Shown here: positions 19,607-31,538 of the stretch, piece after piece
Layout: each line of letters starts with the position of its first letter
Position numbering within the stretch: position 1 is the first letter of the stretch
Assembly: GCA_963832055.1 (NCBI GenBank)
Contig: CAWHST010000004.1
Coordinates: 39,278 to 103,277 of the forward strand
Direction: 5' to 3'
Source: an uncultured Gemmatimonadales bacterium
GTDB taxonomy: Bacteria > Gemmatimonadota > Gemmatimonadetes > Gemmatimonadales > GWC2-71-9
Length of the DNA: 64,000 bases
Position numbers and translations under genes: made by a program
Notes under the pieces: generated by a model
Seen by the model: the letters and a program-made list of their open reading frames with translations, nothing else
Databases searched by the model: none
What the model was told of the DNA's origin: nothing

Positions 19607-21312
19607 TGGGCATCGCCCTGGCGCTGCTCTTCTTCCTCCTCGTGCCGCCCGCCGCCGCCCAGCGATCGCTCGCCATCGAGCGGTTCGACGCCCTCATTAC
19701 CGTCGGCCGCGACGGCGGCGTGGACGTCACCGAGACGATCACGGCGAAGTTCACCGGCTCCTGGAACGGGATCTACCGCACCGTCCCGGTCGAGTATCAC
19801 ACGCCGCAGGGGTTCAACTGGACGCTGAAGCTGCGGTTGCTCGGAGCGAGCGGCGCGGACGGACAGTCACTCAAGGTCGAGGGCGAGCGAGACCGCCACT
19901 ACCTCAAGTACAAGATCTGGGTGCCCGGCGCCGCGGACGCGACGCGCACCCTGGTGCTCCGCTACCGGGCGAAGAACGGGCTCCGCTTCTTCGAGGATCA
20001 CGACGAGCTGTACTGGAACGTGACCGGCGACGAGTGGGACGTCCCGATCGGGGCGGCCTCCGCGCGGATCGTGCTGCCGGCCGGCGCGACCGGCGTGCGC
20101 GCCATCGCCTTCAATGGCGCTTACGGCTCCACCGCACAGGATGCCCAGGTCGCCATCGAGGGCACGGCGGTCCGCGTCGTGCTGCCCCAGCCGCTCGGAT
20201 TTCACGAAGGGCTCACCGCGGTGGTCGGGTGGGACAAGGGACTGGTCGCCGAGCCGACCGACGCCGACCGTGTGCTGGGCTTCCTGGCGAGCAACTGGCC
20301 GCTGGGGATCCCGGTCGTCGTGCTGCTCGGGATGTTCGCTGCTCTGGCGGCGGGTGGGACGCGACCCCGGGCGGTTGCCGGTCGCGGTGCAGTACGACAC
20401 CCCGGACGCGCTCACCCCCGCCGAGGCCGGCACCCTGATCGACGAATCGGCCGACATGCGGGACATCACCGCGACAGTGGTGGACCTCGCGGTGCGCGGG
20501 TTCCTCAAGATCGAGGAGCGGGAGGAGAAGCTGTTGCTCGGCCTGATGACCCGGCGCGACTACGTCTTCCACCGGCTCACGCCGCCGCCGGGGCGAAGGC
20601 GCTCGAGAACCACGAGTCGCGGGTGCTCGACGGGATCTTCGAGTCCGGAAGCGCCACGGTGAAGCTCTCCGACCTCGACAACGAGTTCTACCAGCATCTC
20701 TCCCGCATCCGGGAGAGCATCTTCGACCGGCTGGTCGGGCGCGGGCTCTACCGCTCGCGTCCGGACAAGGTGAAGGGCTGGTGGCTGATCGGTGCCGTCG
20801 TCCTGGGCGGCGTCATCCTCGGTTTCGGGTCGTCGATCGGCGCGGCCTTCTTCGACATGACGCCGCTGCCGTTCGTGATCGCCGCGGTCGCCAGCGGACT
20901 GATCGTGGCGGCGTTCGGGCGCATCATGCCGGCGCGTACCGTCCAGGGCGCCCGCGCGCTGGAGCGGGTGCTGGGCTTCGAGGAGTTCCTCCGCCGGGTC
21001 GAGGGCGACCGGCTGGAGCGGGTGGTGAAGACGCCGGAGATGTTCGAGCGGTTCCTGCCGTTCGCGATGGCGTTCGGGGTGGAGCGGAAGTGGGCGAAGG
21101 CGTTTCAGGACATCTATCGCGAGCCGCCCACCTGGTACGTGGGATCGCACGCCGGTCCCTTCGACCTGAACGGCTTCTCCAGCCGGCTGGGAGATCTCTC
21201 CAGCCGCGCCGAGAGCGCCATGAGCTCGTCGCCGCGGAGCTCGGGCGGATCGGGGTTCAGCGGGGGGTCCTCCGGGGGTGGGTCGGGCGGAGGAGGTGGG
21301 GGAGGGTTTTGA
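19603..21312 (+). CDS. DUF2207 domain membrane protein (two frame corrections, ~20340 and ~20590)
   Basis: Signal peptide, then ITVGRDGGVDVTETITAKFTGSWNGIYR and DELYWNVTGDEWDVPI, TM segments, and a Gly/Ser-rich tail SSGGSGFSGGSSGGGSGGGGGGGF. LemA-DUF2207 is a known gene pair. Confidence 0.85.
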   Translation: MMGIALALLFFLLVPPAAAQRSLAIERFDALITVGRDGGVDVTETITAKFTGSWNGIYRTVPVEYHTPQGFNWTLKLRLLGASGADGQSLKVEGERDRHYLKYKIWVPGAADATRTLVLRYRAKNGLRFFEDHDELYWNVTGDEWDVPIGAASARIVLPAGATGVRAIAFNGAYGSTAQDAQVAIEGTAVRVVLPQPLGFHEGLTAVVGWDKGLVAEPTDADRVLGFLASNWPLGIPVVVLLGMFAALAAGGTRPRAVAGRGAVRHPGRAHPRRGRHPDRRIGRHAGHHRDSGGPRGARVPQDRGAGGEAVARPDDPARLRLPPAHAAAGAKALENHESRVLDGIFESGSATVKLSDLDNEFYQHLSRIRESIFDRLVGRGLYRSRPDKVKGWWLIGAVVLGGVILGFGSSIGAAFFDMTPLPFVIAAVASGLIVAAFGRIMPARTVQGARALERVLGFEEFLRRVEGDRLERVVKTPEMFERFLPFAMAFGVERKWAKAFQDIYREPPTWYVGSHAGPFDLNGFSSRLGDLSSRAESAMSSSPRSSGGSGFSGGSSGGGSGGGGGGGF

Positions 21313-21342
21313 AACGAGGCGCTCCCCCACCACGAGAATGTG

Positions 21343-22179
21343 TTACCCCTGCATCCGAGCCACGACCACGGTGATGTTGTCGCTGCCGCCGCCGGCCAGG
21401 GCCGCATCCACCAGCTCCCGACACGCGGCCGCCGCGTCGGTCGCGCGGCCGAGGATCTCGGCGATCTGCTCGTCGGACACGTGCCGGGTGAGGCCGTCGG
21501 TGCAGAGCAGCAGGACGTCACCCAGTTGCAGGTCCACCAATCCCACCGCCGGGGTCAGCTCATCCGCACCCAACGCGCTCACCAGCGTCGCCGCCATCGG
21601 CGCCTTCTGGGCCTGCTCTTCGGTCCACGCGCCGGCATCCACCATGTATTCGCCGGTCGTCTGATCGCGCGTGAGCTGCCGGAGCAAGCCCTTGCGGAGA
21701 TAGAAGGCGCGGCTGTCGCCCGCGTGCAGGATGTACGCCCGCGGCCACACCAGCGTCGCCATGGTGAGCGTGGTCGCGGGCCCCTCATGGCGGCCGCCGT
21801 GTTCCGCGACGATGCGCTGATGCGCGTCCTGCACTCCGGCCTCGAGCTGCTCCAGGAACTCGTGCTCCCGGTCCACGTCGAGGTTGTGGAAGCACCCGGC
21901 CGCCTGGCTGATGTACTCGACCAGCGCCGTGACGGCCGTCTGGCTCGCGAGCGCGCCGCCCGGCCGGCCGCCCACGCCGTCTGCCACGACGAAGAGCAAT
22001 GCCTCGGGGCCGCGGAGCCGGTCGAAGACGCGCGGGTCCTCCAGGCTGGTCTGCCGGACTTGGGCCGTCTTCTGCAGCGAGACGATGACGAAGTGGTCTT
22101 CGTTGGCTTTTCGCTTGCGTCCGACGTCGGTCAGACCAGATGCGTCCACCCGCACTTCTACCACCGCCGTGGCCGTCAT
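21343..22179 (-). CDS. PP2C-family Ser/Thr protein phosphatase (paralogue 2), last gene of the GTPase operon
   Basis: ATG 22179 overlaps the GTPase TGA (ATGA). Strings GLTDVGRKRKANEDHF, FVVADGVGGRPGG, ATTLT, AGDSRAFYLR, LLCTDGL, GGSDNITVVV. Same subfamily layout as the phosphatase at 13422..14348. Confidence 0.9.
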   Translation of the reverse strand: MTATAVVEVRVDASGLTDVGRKRKANEDHFVIVSLQKTAQVRQTSLEDPRVFDRLRGPEALLFVVADGVGGRPGGALASQTAVTALVEYISQAAGCFHNLDVDREHEFLEQLEAGVQDAHQRIVAEHGGRHEGPATTLTMATLVWPRAYILHAGDSRAFYLRKGLLRQLTRDQTTGEYMVDAGAWTEEQAQKAPMAATLVSALGADELTPAVGLVDLQLGDVLLLCTDGLTRHVSDEQIAEILGRATDAAAACRELVDAALAGGGSDNITVVVARMQG

Positions 22180-22685
22180 GGGCGTGCCTCCCTGGTTGCG
22201 AGCGTTCCCCGCCCGAGCCGGCGGAACACCTCCTCGACGCCGTCGCCCGTCTTGGCGCTGGTGCGCACCATGTCCCACTGGCCCGCCAGCGCCTCCTCGT
22301 CGCGTCGGCCGAGCGCCCAGCGATCCACCAGGTCCGCCTTGTTGAGCGCCAGCACGCCGGGGACGTCGCCGGCAGCTTCGCGGGCCAGCGCCTTGAGCTC
22401 CGGGAGCTGGTCGCAGCTCTCCCGCCGGGTGCCGTCAGCGACGTAAAGGATGGCGTGGGCACCGCGGAGATAACTCGTCGTGATGTCCTCGTGGGAGTCG
22501 CGGCCGGCCAGGTCCCACAGAACCAGGGTCAGACTCGCGCCGTCGATCTCAATCGGCTTCCGGTCGATCTTCACCCCCACCGTGGAGAGATACCGCTCCG
22601 AAAACAGGGAGTGCACGAACCGCTGCACCAGGCTGGTCTTTCCGGTGCCGAACAGGCCGACCATGCAAACTTTCTTCTGGATCAT
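22176..22685 (-). CDS. small Ras/Rab-like GTPase
   Basis: Intact 169-aa ORF. G1 GLFGTGKTS, switch-I Thr (STVG), G3 WDLAGRD (DxxG followed by R, not Q), G4 NKAD, G5 SAK. ATGA overlaps at both ends. Confidence 0.85.
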   Translation of the reverse strand: MIQKKVCMVGLFGTGKTSLVQRFVHSLFSERYLSTVGVKIDRKPIEIDGASLTLVLWDLAGRDSHEDITTSYLRGAHAILYVADGTRRESCDQLPELKALAREAAGDVPGVLALNKADLVDRWALGRRDEEALAGQWDMVRTSAKTGDGVEEVFRRLGRGTLATREARP

Positions 22686-24453
22686 GGTGACGCCTCCCGT
22701 CCGGACGCTTCCCAGCCAATGCTCACGATGAAGGAGACACTCCGGTTCACGCGCGCCTGCTCGACGGGGTCGGCCGCGGTCAGCGGCTGAGTGGTGCCAG
22801 CGGCGCGCACCCGGGCCGCACCGGCGGGTGCGCCGCGCGCCCCCAGCGCCGCGAGCACCACCTCGGCACGGACCCGGCTCAGTGCCTGGTTGGTCGAGTC
22901 GGACCCTGTGGGATCGGTCCGGCCGACGAGCTCGAGCGCTGCATGAGCACCGATCGCGGCCGCCTCGGCCTCGAGCCGGCTGAACGAGGCGGCCACTCGT
23001 GCCGCCGTGCCGCGGGCCTCCCGCCCGAGGGAGGCCGAGCCGACGTCGAACAACACGCGCCGCCCCTCGATGTCCTTCTCCAGCGCCGTCAAGTTGGCCG
23101 GCACCTCGGCCGTGACGTCACTCAGGTCCAGCGCGGCCACACCGGCGGGGAGCGCCGCGAGCCGGGCGGTCGCCGCGACCCACGGTGAGCGGCGCCGGTC
23201 CTCGCAGGTGAAGCGTGTCGCCGGCCAGCGCGAGGGCCAAGGTCGCCGGCGGCGCGAGACTCTTTCGGGCCCGGGCCAGCACCAGCTCGGGCCGGAGCGA
23301 GAGGTAAGGCTCCCAGCGCTGCTCGACTTCAGCGGTGTCCACGGCCACGCCGGCGAGAAGTGTCGAGGGGTCGGGAGCGAGCGGGTCGCGGAGCCCGGCA
23401 AAGCTCCAGCGGCCGCCGTCCCGTTCCGCCTGCGTCACCACGATTCCGGGCTCCGACTCCAGACGGGCCACCGCCCGATCCCAACGTTGCTCCGATCGCA
23501 TCCTGAACCACAGCAGGGCTCCGAGGACGCAACACGGCACCGGCGACCCAGGGGAGCCAGGCCAGGGACCTGCGGCCGTTCCGCTGGCGGTCGGTGGAGA
23601 CCACCGTGGCGAGACAATCCTCCAGCAGCGGGCGGGCAGGCTCGAATGGAGTGGCGTCGCCGTCGAAAGCCGTCAGCGGGCCGGAGTACTCGAGGTGGAC
23701 TCGCTCGAGCGTGTCCTGCAGCTTGGCGAGCAGCGTGTCCGGAGCCTGGCCGCGGACCACCGCCGCGATCACCGCCTGCGGGCCCTGCTCCACCATCACG
23801 GTCAGCTCGCCGACGCTGAACTGCCGGAGACCGCCGGCGTCCCGCTCCGGGGCGAAGGAATCGGCCACGAAGTCGCGAATGGCGGTGAGCATTCCGGAGA
23901 TGAGATCGGCGTCGCTGACGGGGAGGTCCGGCGCCCAGGCGTGGGCGAGCAGGAGTCCGGTCTCCGCGTGGATCAGGAAGACCTGCTCGACCCGGTAGAC
24001 CAGCGCGTGCTTGAGGACGATCTGCGCGTAGGGTACGCCGGTGCGCCACGCCTCGAGCCGCCACTTGAGCCCGCGAGGCGAGAGGTTGTGCTCGAGGGCG
24101 CTGTTGATGGACGCGACCAGCCCCGCCAGCGCCTCGGCAATCGCCTTACGGATGGCGGGGCCGAGCACCGGGAAGATGGCGGTGGCGATCTCCCGGGGGT
24201 TCCGGCGGACGGACTCCCCGATGGCATTTTCGACGGTCGGCGCGAGCGCGCGGGCGAGCTGCCGGTCACGCGCCGCGCGGAGGACGATCGCCTCCGGCAA
24301 GAGCTCCGCCAACTCTTCGCGGGTGAGACCCGCCGCGTCGAGGCGCCGCTCCAGCTCGCGGAGCCGGCGCCGCTCGGCGCCGAGGATGAGCTCACGAAGT
24401 TCGGCCAGGTCCTCGACGGCGGCCGGCTCCCACGGCGCCCGGTCGTCGCTCAC
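22682..24453 (-). CDS. multidomain membrane protein: N-terminal helical region, Roadblock/LC7-like domain, TM segment, periplasmic region, OmpA-like C-terminal domain (two frame corrections, ~23540 and ~23170)
   Basis: ORF 23329..24453 holds the N-terminus and the Roadblock-like pattern VEQVFLIHAETGLLLAHAW..DADLISGMLTAIRDFVADSF..LRQFSVGELTVMVEQGPQAVIAAVVRG..LLAKLQDTLERV. ORF 23118..23540 holds the TM segment (CCVLGALLWF). ORF 22682..23401 holds the OmpA_C motif LELVGRTDPTGSDSTNQALSRVRAEVV. The Roadblock assignment is pattern-based inference. Confidence 0.65.
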
Positions 24454-24456
24454 GCA

Positions 24457-25050
24457 TCACCCCCGCGGGCCGTTTTTTCCCGGCGGCGCGCCGCCGACGC
24501 GGGCGGCCAGCTCCGAGAGGAACCCGGCGAGAGCGGCACTGTCGGTCTTCGTGGACTTGAGCTCCTGGTGCGACCGGCTCAGTTCGGCCGTCAGGCGGTC
24601 CGCCAGCCTGGCAAGCTCGGAGGAGGCCGCCTGCGATTGGAGCAGGAGTTGGTCGCGGAGGCCGGCGTCGGCCAGGTTGGTGGCCTCCTCCAGCTTGAGA
24701 TGCCGCTTCTCCAGCGCGCGGATAGCCTCCTTGATCTCGGCGGCCAGCGACTTGAGCTCCTCGGTGCGCTTGCTCCGTTCCGCCGCCAGCCGCTCGCCCA
24801 GCACCTGCGCCTCGCTCCTGATGAAGGCATCGAGCGACTCCACCTGCTTGGCGAAGTCTGACCGGAGGGCCTCATGCTCGTGGCGAAGACGCTCTTCGAG
24901 GCCTTGGAGGCGGGTTTCGACCGCCCGCATCTGGCCCCCGAACAGGATGTCGCGAACCTTGTCGAGACTCTCGGGCTGGGCCTCGGCCGCGGGGGGGTCG
25001 GCGACCTGGACCCCGCCCGACTTCCTCTTGTCGCTGTCGTTCCTGGCCAT
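24457..25050 (-). CDS. coiled-coil protein, first gene of the GTPase operon
   Basis: Intact 197-aa ORF, heptad-rich (LQGLEERLRHEHEALRSDFAKQVESL.., LKSLAAEIKEAIRALEKRHLKLEE). It ends 3 nt before the next start. It shares an N-terminal motif with the downstream protein (see findings). Confidence 0.7.
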   Translation of the reverse strand: MARNDSDKRKSGGVQVADPPAAEAQPESLDKVRDILFGGQMRAVETRLQGLEERLRHEHEALRSDFAKQVESLDAFIRSEAQVLGERLAAERSKRTEELKSLAAEIKEAIRALEKRHLKLEEATNLADAGLRDQLLLQSQAASSELARLADRLTAELSRSHQELKSTKTDSAALAGFLSELAARVGGAPPGKNGPRG

Positions 25051-25372
25051 CGTTGGCTCACCGGTATCTGGGTGGGACCCGGGACGATCGTGCCGGGGAC
25101 TTTTAACGTATCACTCGGTTCCGAGGTTGGCCATCCGGTCGCCAGGACGTCGGATCGGTGTGGCACCGCCACACCGCTGCAAGGAATGTCGCCCATTGCT
25201 GGCGGGCGCATCCTCTCTCTCCCCAACATCTTCGGGTCCAGGCCCGGGCTAGCCCGGGACCTGCCTATCCCATGGCCCAGCGCCGGGCAGGCCACGGGAC
25301 AGTGCAACTCCTGCCGTCGCCCAGATTCTGCATCCACCGCACGGGAGGGATCATGCGCATCGGCGGCAGCGT

Positions 25373-26080
25373 GTGAAACGCGGCGAGCTCACGGTGGCAG
25401 GCCTGCTCGGCATACTCCTTATTACCGGGGCCCGCGCGCCGGCATCCGTTGAGACGTCTGGGGCAGCGGTGACCGCCGACAGCACGGTCATCGACTCGAT
25501 CCAAACGCAGCCCGCTCCGACGCGGAGCGCCACGCTGCTGGACAGCGTGCGTGCGGAGTCGGCGCTCCCGGCGGCCGCGGTGCGCCGGCCGATCGAGCGG
25601 TATCTCGGCCGATTCAGCGACGATCGGCTGCTGGTGCGGCGCATCAGCGGCGCGGTCCTCCGCGAGTCCCGCCGCCAGCAGGTGCCGCCGTCGCTCATCG
25701 TGGCGGTGCTGGTGACGGAGAACACGACGCTCCGCCCCGAGGCGGAGAGCATGGTCGGGGCACGGGGGCTGATGCAGGTGATGCCGTTCCACGCCGGTGC
25801 GCAGCTCTGCGACTCCGACGACCTGGTGGACGTGGACAGCAACATCTGCCACGGCACGCTCATCCTCGCCCGGAATCTGCGGGCGACCAACACCTCGGTC
25901 GCGGCGCTCCTCCGCTACAACGGCTGCGTGCGGGGGACGAACACCCCCGACTGCCATCGCTACCCCGGCCGGGTGCTCGCGCGGGCGAGCCACGTCCGTC
26001 GCGAGATCCTCGCCGGCACCAGCGCGGGCATCCTCATCTCCGCCGATTCGGCGGCCCCGGTGCAGCTCGCCGCGCGCTGA
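25373..26080 (+). CDS. lytic transglycosylase (SLT domain), secreted
   Basis: GTG start and signal-like N-terminus. SLT core LIVAVLVTENTTLRPEAESMVGARGLMQVMPF.. and LLRYNG. Confidence 0.8.
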   Translation: MKRGELTVAGLLGILLITGARAPASVETSGAAVTADSTVIDSIQTQPAPTRSATLLDSVRAESALPAAAVRRPIERYLGRFSDDRLLVRRISGAVLRESRRQQVPPSLIVAVLVTENTTLRPEAESMVGARGLMQVMPFHAGAQLCDSDDLVDVDSNICHGTLILARNLRATNTSVAALLRYNGCVRGTNTPDCHRYPGRVLARASHVRREILAGTSAGILISADSAAPVQLAAR

Positions 26081-26121
26081 GGTAGGCCGGCCGCCTCACC
26101 GACTCAGTCCATAGAAACGAC

Positions 26122-26149
26122 CAGCGCCCGGGCTCTCGCCCGGGCGCTG
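26122..26149. terminator. bidirectional intrinsic terminator hairpin between convergent genes
   Basis: Perfect 12-bp GC stem cagcgcccgggc-tctc-gcccgggcgctg. Flanked by tcgtctt on the plus side and, on the minus strand, gtcgtttct. It lies between the stops at 26080 (+) and 26169 (-). Confidence 0.6.
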
Positions 26150-26168
26150 TCGTCTTACTCGGGGCCGC

Positions 26169-27302
26169 TCACCGTGCCGCGGCACCGAGGCATTGGGCCC
26201 GGGGATCGCTCGGCGGAGCGCTCTGCTCCGGCGACTCAGGGTCACCGGCAGCCGACATCCGGAGCTCCTGCCGTGGCCGGACGCTCGCGAAGTTGGCGCG
26301 GCTGTAGGGCCCGCCCGGCGCGAAGGTCGCTGTCTGGATCGCCTTGCCCTGCGTCTTGCCGTGCCAGGTAATGGAGCCGTTCGGGTTGACGGTGCCCCAG
26401 CTGTTGACCTCGTCGATGCCGCGCATCGCCGCGATAAAGGTGTTTCCTAGGCCATAGGGGTTGTCGGGCGACGGCAGGACATCTCCGTCAGGACCGGTCA
26501 CCGTCTCCATGCACCGCGACCAGCTCTCCTCGATCGGGCCGAGAGTGCTCAAATCTCCCACGTCTCCATCGCATGACCCGATGTACTGCGCCAGGTCGGG
26601 GTCGATCATGTACATCACCTCGGTGCAGGGGCCGGACGACGAAGCCAGCCGCGAGATCCCGGGGCTCGGAGTGCGGTAGACCAGCGACGCGATGTGCGGC
26701 GTCTCCCCCTCGTTGGGGTCCCCGGCCGCGAAGTGAACCGGCGCTCCGGTGACGGCGGTGCCGTCGTCGAGGCTGATCGACCAGTTGCCGCCTCCCTCGG
26801 TGGAGATGAGCCGGACTCGGTCGCCGCTGGGCTCGAGCGCCATGGCGAAGTGGATCTCGAAGAAATCCACGATCTTGGGGGAGAATTGCCCGCTCGCTAT
26901 CGGGGTGGCGACCGCGGTCAGGGGGTCGATGGTGTACACCCGGCTGTCGTTGCCGACGCCGTAGACCTTGCCATCCGATGGCCGAACGACGATCCCGATG
27001 ATGCGCTTGAGGATCGGGAGCCCGGTGATGCGCATCTGCGCGCTGAGCACGTCGAAGCTTTCCGAGCCGAAGACAAGGAAGTTGTTGGCGAGGTCGACTG
27101 CATACACCACGTACCCGACCGGCGCTGGTGCCGGCGGTGGATCGTCCGGGCCCGGATCGGTCGGCCCGGGATCGGAGGGCAGCGGACCGGTCGGGCCGCT
27201 GCCGCCGTCCTTGCCGCAACCGGCCCCGGCGAGGGTGGCCCCGAGAGCAAGGAATGCCAGCGCGAAGGCGCGGATCCCTCGGCGAAGTGAGCTGTGGTGC
27301 AT
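26169..27302 (-). CDS. DUF4394 domain lipoprotein
   Basis: Intact ORF. Lipobox LAGAGC and a Pro-rich linker, followed by repeats typical of DUF4394 (ITGLP..IIGIVVRPSDGKVYGVGNDSRVYTIDPLTAVAT.., DRVRLISTEGGGNWSISLDDGTAV). Confidence 0.7.
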   Translation of the reverse strand: MHHSSLRRGIRAFALAFLALGATLAGAGCGKDGGSGPTGPLPSDPGPTDPGPDDPPPAPAPVGYVVYAVDLANNFLVFGSESFDVLSAQMRITGLPILKRIIGIVVRPSDGKVYGVGNDSRVYTIDPLTAVATPIASGQFSPKIVDFFEIHFAMALEPSGDRVRLISTEGGGNWSISLDDGTAVTGAPVHFAAGDPNEGETPHIASLVYRTPSPGISRLASSSGPCTEVMYMIDPDLAQYIGSCDGDVGDLSTLGPIEESWSRCMETVTGPDGDVLPSPDNPYGLGNTFIAAMRGIDEVNSWGTVNPNGSITWHGKTQGKAIQTATFAPGGPYSRANFASVRPRQELRMSAAGDPESPEQSAPPSDPRAQCLGAAAR

Positions 27303-27411
27303 CTTGGCCTCCGGCGGTGGTGGAGAAGGGTCGCTGACCTCGCGTCGATCCTGTCGACCGACAGCCTAGGGCTCGCCGGTCACTGCGATCTCAACCGCTT
27401 CTCAACCCGCC

Positions 27412-30221
<2,810 letters not shown>

Positions 30222-30237
30222 ACCGATCGGGGGACCA

Positions 30238-30917
30238 CTATGTGACCCGAACGCCGAGCTCGTCGAGGTGTCGGAGGAGGTCGGCAGGATCCTGATAGAC
30301 TCGGTATGCACCTGCACGCGTCAGCTCGTCGTCGCCATAGCCGCCGGAGAGCAATCCCACCCCCAACGCGCGCGCCCGTCGTGCGGCCAGCAGGTCCCAC
30401 ACACTGTCCCCGACCACGATGGATCGCTCGACTGGTATGCCGAGCTCCTGGGCGGCGGCGAGAAACAGGTCGGGATCGGGCTTGGCATGGCGCACCTGGT
30501 CCCGGGTGATGATCGGGACACCGGCGGGGACGTTCAGCATGTCCAGCGCCGGCTGCGCGCTCTCCCGCCAACCGCTGGTCGCGATCGACCAGGGCACGCC
30601 GGCCCGCGTCAGATGCTCGAGGAGCTCGCGGGCGCCGGGCAACGGGCGGACTTGCCCGACCAGCCGGGCATACTCCTGGGCATGGGACTGTCGGATGCGG
30701 TCGGTTTGCTCGCGCGGTGACCGGCTGACCCGTCTCCCGCAGCAGGGCGTTGACGAGCAAGCCTCCACTCATCCCGATGCGGCGATGGATGCGCCAGACC
30801 GAGAGCGAGATCCCGGCGCGCTCCAGAGCGCTCGCGCCAAGCGAGAACATGCTGGTAGACACTGTCGACCAGCGTGCCGTCCAGGTCAAACAGGAACCCA
30901 GGATTCTCCGCGGTCAT
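30238..30917 (-). CDS. HAD-superfamily hydrolase (phosphatase-like) (two frame corrections)
   Basis: Motif I FLFDLDGTLVDS (ORF 30609..30917). Cap and motifs II-IV in ORF 30238..30768 (SIATSG.., KPDPDLF, VVGDSVWDLLAA). Confidence 0.75.
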
Positions 30918-31000
30918 TGCGGTACCCTTGCACGTAGCTTCGAAAGCTACAGTGCCCCGGACGATTCCGAGAATCTCCAGGCACGGCCCCGCAGACAGGA

Positions 31001-31028
31001 GAGCCGGACGGGCTGCCCCGTCCGGCTC
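31001..31028 (-). terminator. GC-rich hairpin downstream of the ABM-fold gene
   Basis: Perfect 12-bp stem gagccggacggg-ctgc-cccgtccggctc, about 30 nt after the stop at 31057. The T-tract is weak. Confidence 0.4.
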
Positions 31029-31056
31029 CGATCTGCTCGTCGCGCGGCCGCCCGCA

Positions 31057-31380
31057 TCAACGGGTAGCGACGGCGGCCTCCTTCAACACCAGCAGCTCGC
31101 CCTCGAAGATCTCGGGGCTGCCGAGCTGGTCCTTCAGCGGGTCCTTCTTGACGAAGTCGGCCGCGCGCCGGGTGGACTCGGCGGCTCCGGTCTTGTCCTC
31201 GAAGAGGCTGATGGTCACCAGTTCCTTGTTGCCCACGTTGACCGCGTAGTAGCAGTGAAAGCCCCGGATGTCCTGGGCGATGGGGATGAATCCGTCCTCG
31301 ATCCGGTGCTTGAGCTCGTTGAAGGCCTTCAGGTCCACTGTCCCCGTCTTCGGGGTGTACCGCCGAATGGTTGCGTACAT
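31057..31380 (-). CDS. small ABM/Dabb-fold (antibiotic-biosynthesis-monooxygenase-like) protein
   Basis: The last 107 aa of ORF 31057..31842, from ATG 31380 preceded by GGAGGGAG: MYATIRRYTPKTG..GFHCYYAVNVGNKELVTISLFEDKTGAEES-type pattern. The upstream part of the ORF is non-coding leader. Confidence 0.6.
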   Translation of the reverse strand: MYATIRRYTPKTGTVDLKAFNELKHRIEDGFIPIAQDIRGFHCYYAVNVGNKELVTISLFEDKTGAAESTRRAADFVKKDPLKDQLGSPEIFEGELLVLKEAAVATR

Positions 31381-31499
31381 CGCTCCCTCCGGTCGTAGAA
31401 TGTCTTTGTTCGTCGTGATCGCGACTTCAGGCCGCGGCCGCTTCCCTCCTTCCTCGCACGGCTCCGCCGGCCGGCGAAACCGACCGGGCCAGGGAGAAC

Positions 31500-31538
31500 A
31501 TAAAAACCGGCGGAGCAAGAGCTTGCTCAGCCGGTTTC
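31500..31538 (-). terminator. canonical intrinsic terminator on the minus strand inside the 5' leader of the ABM-fold gene
   Basis: Minus strand reads gaaaccggc-tgagcaagctcttgctcc-gccggttttTATG: a nested GC stem followed by a T run. No coding gene lies upstream of it on this strand. Confidence 0.55.

Noticed and set aside
21186-21312. Gly/Ser-rich coding repeat at the DUF2207 C-terminus (SSGGSGFSGGSSGGGSGGGGGGGF).
   Set aside because: It is a low-complexity tail common to this family, not a tandem-repeat locus or separate feature.
25051-25372. 322-nt divergent intergenic region with a near-palindrome (aggcccgggctagcccgggacct).
   Set aside because: It probably just holds two divergent promoters. 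I could not identify convincing -35/-10 boxes, operators or an RNA family, so no feature is called.
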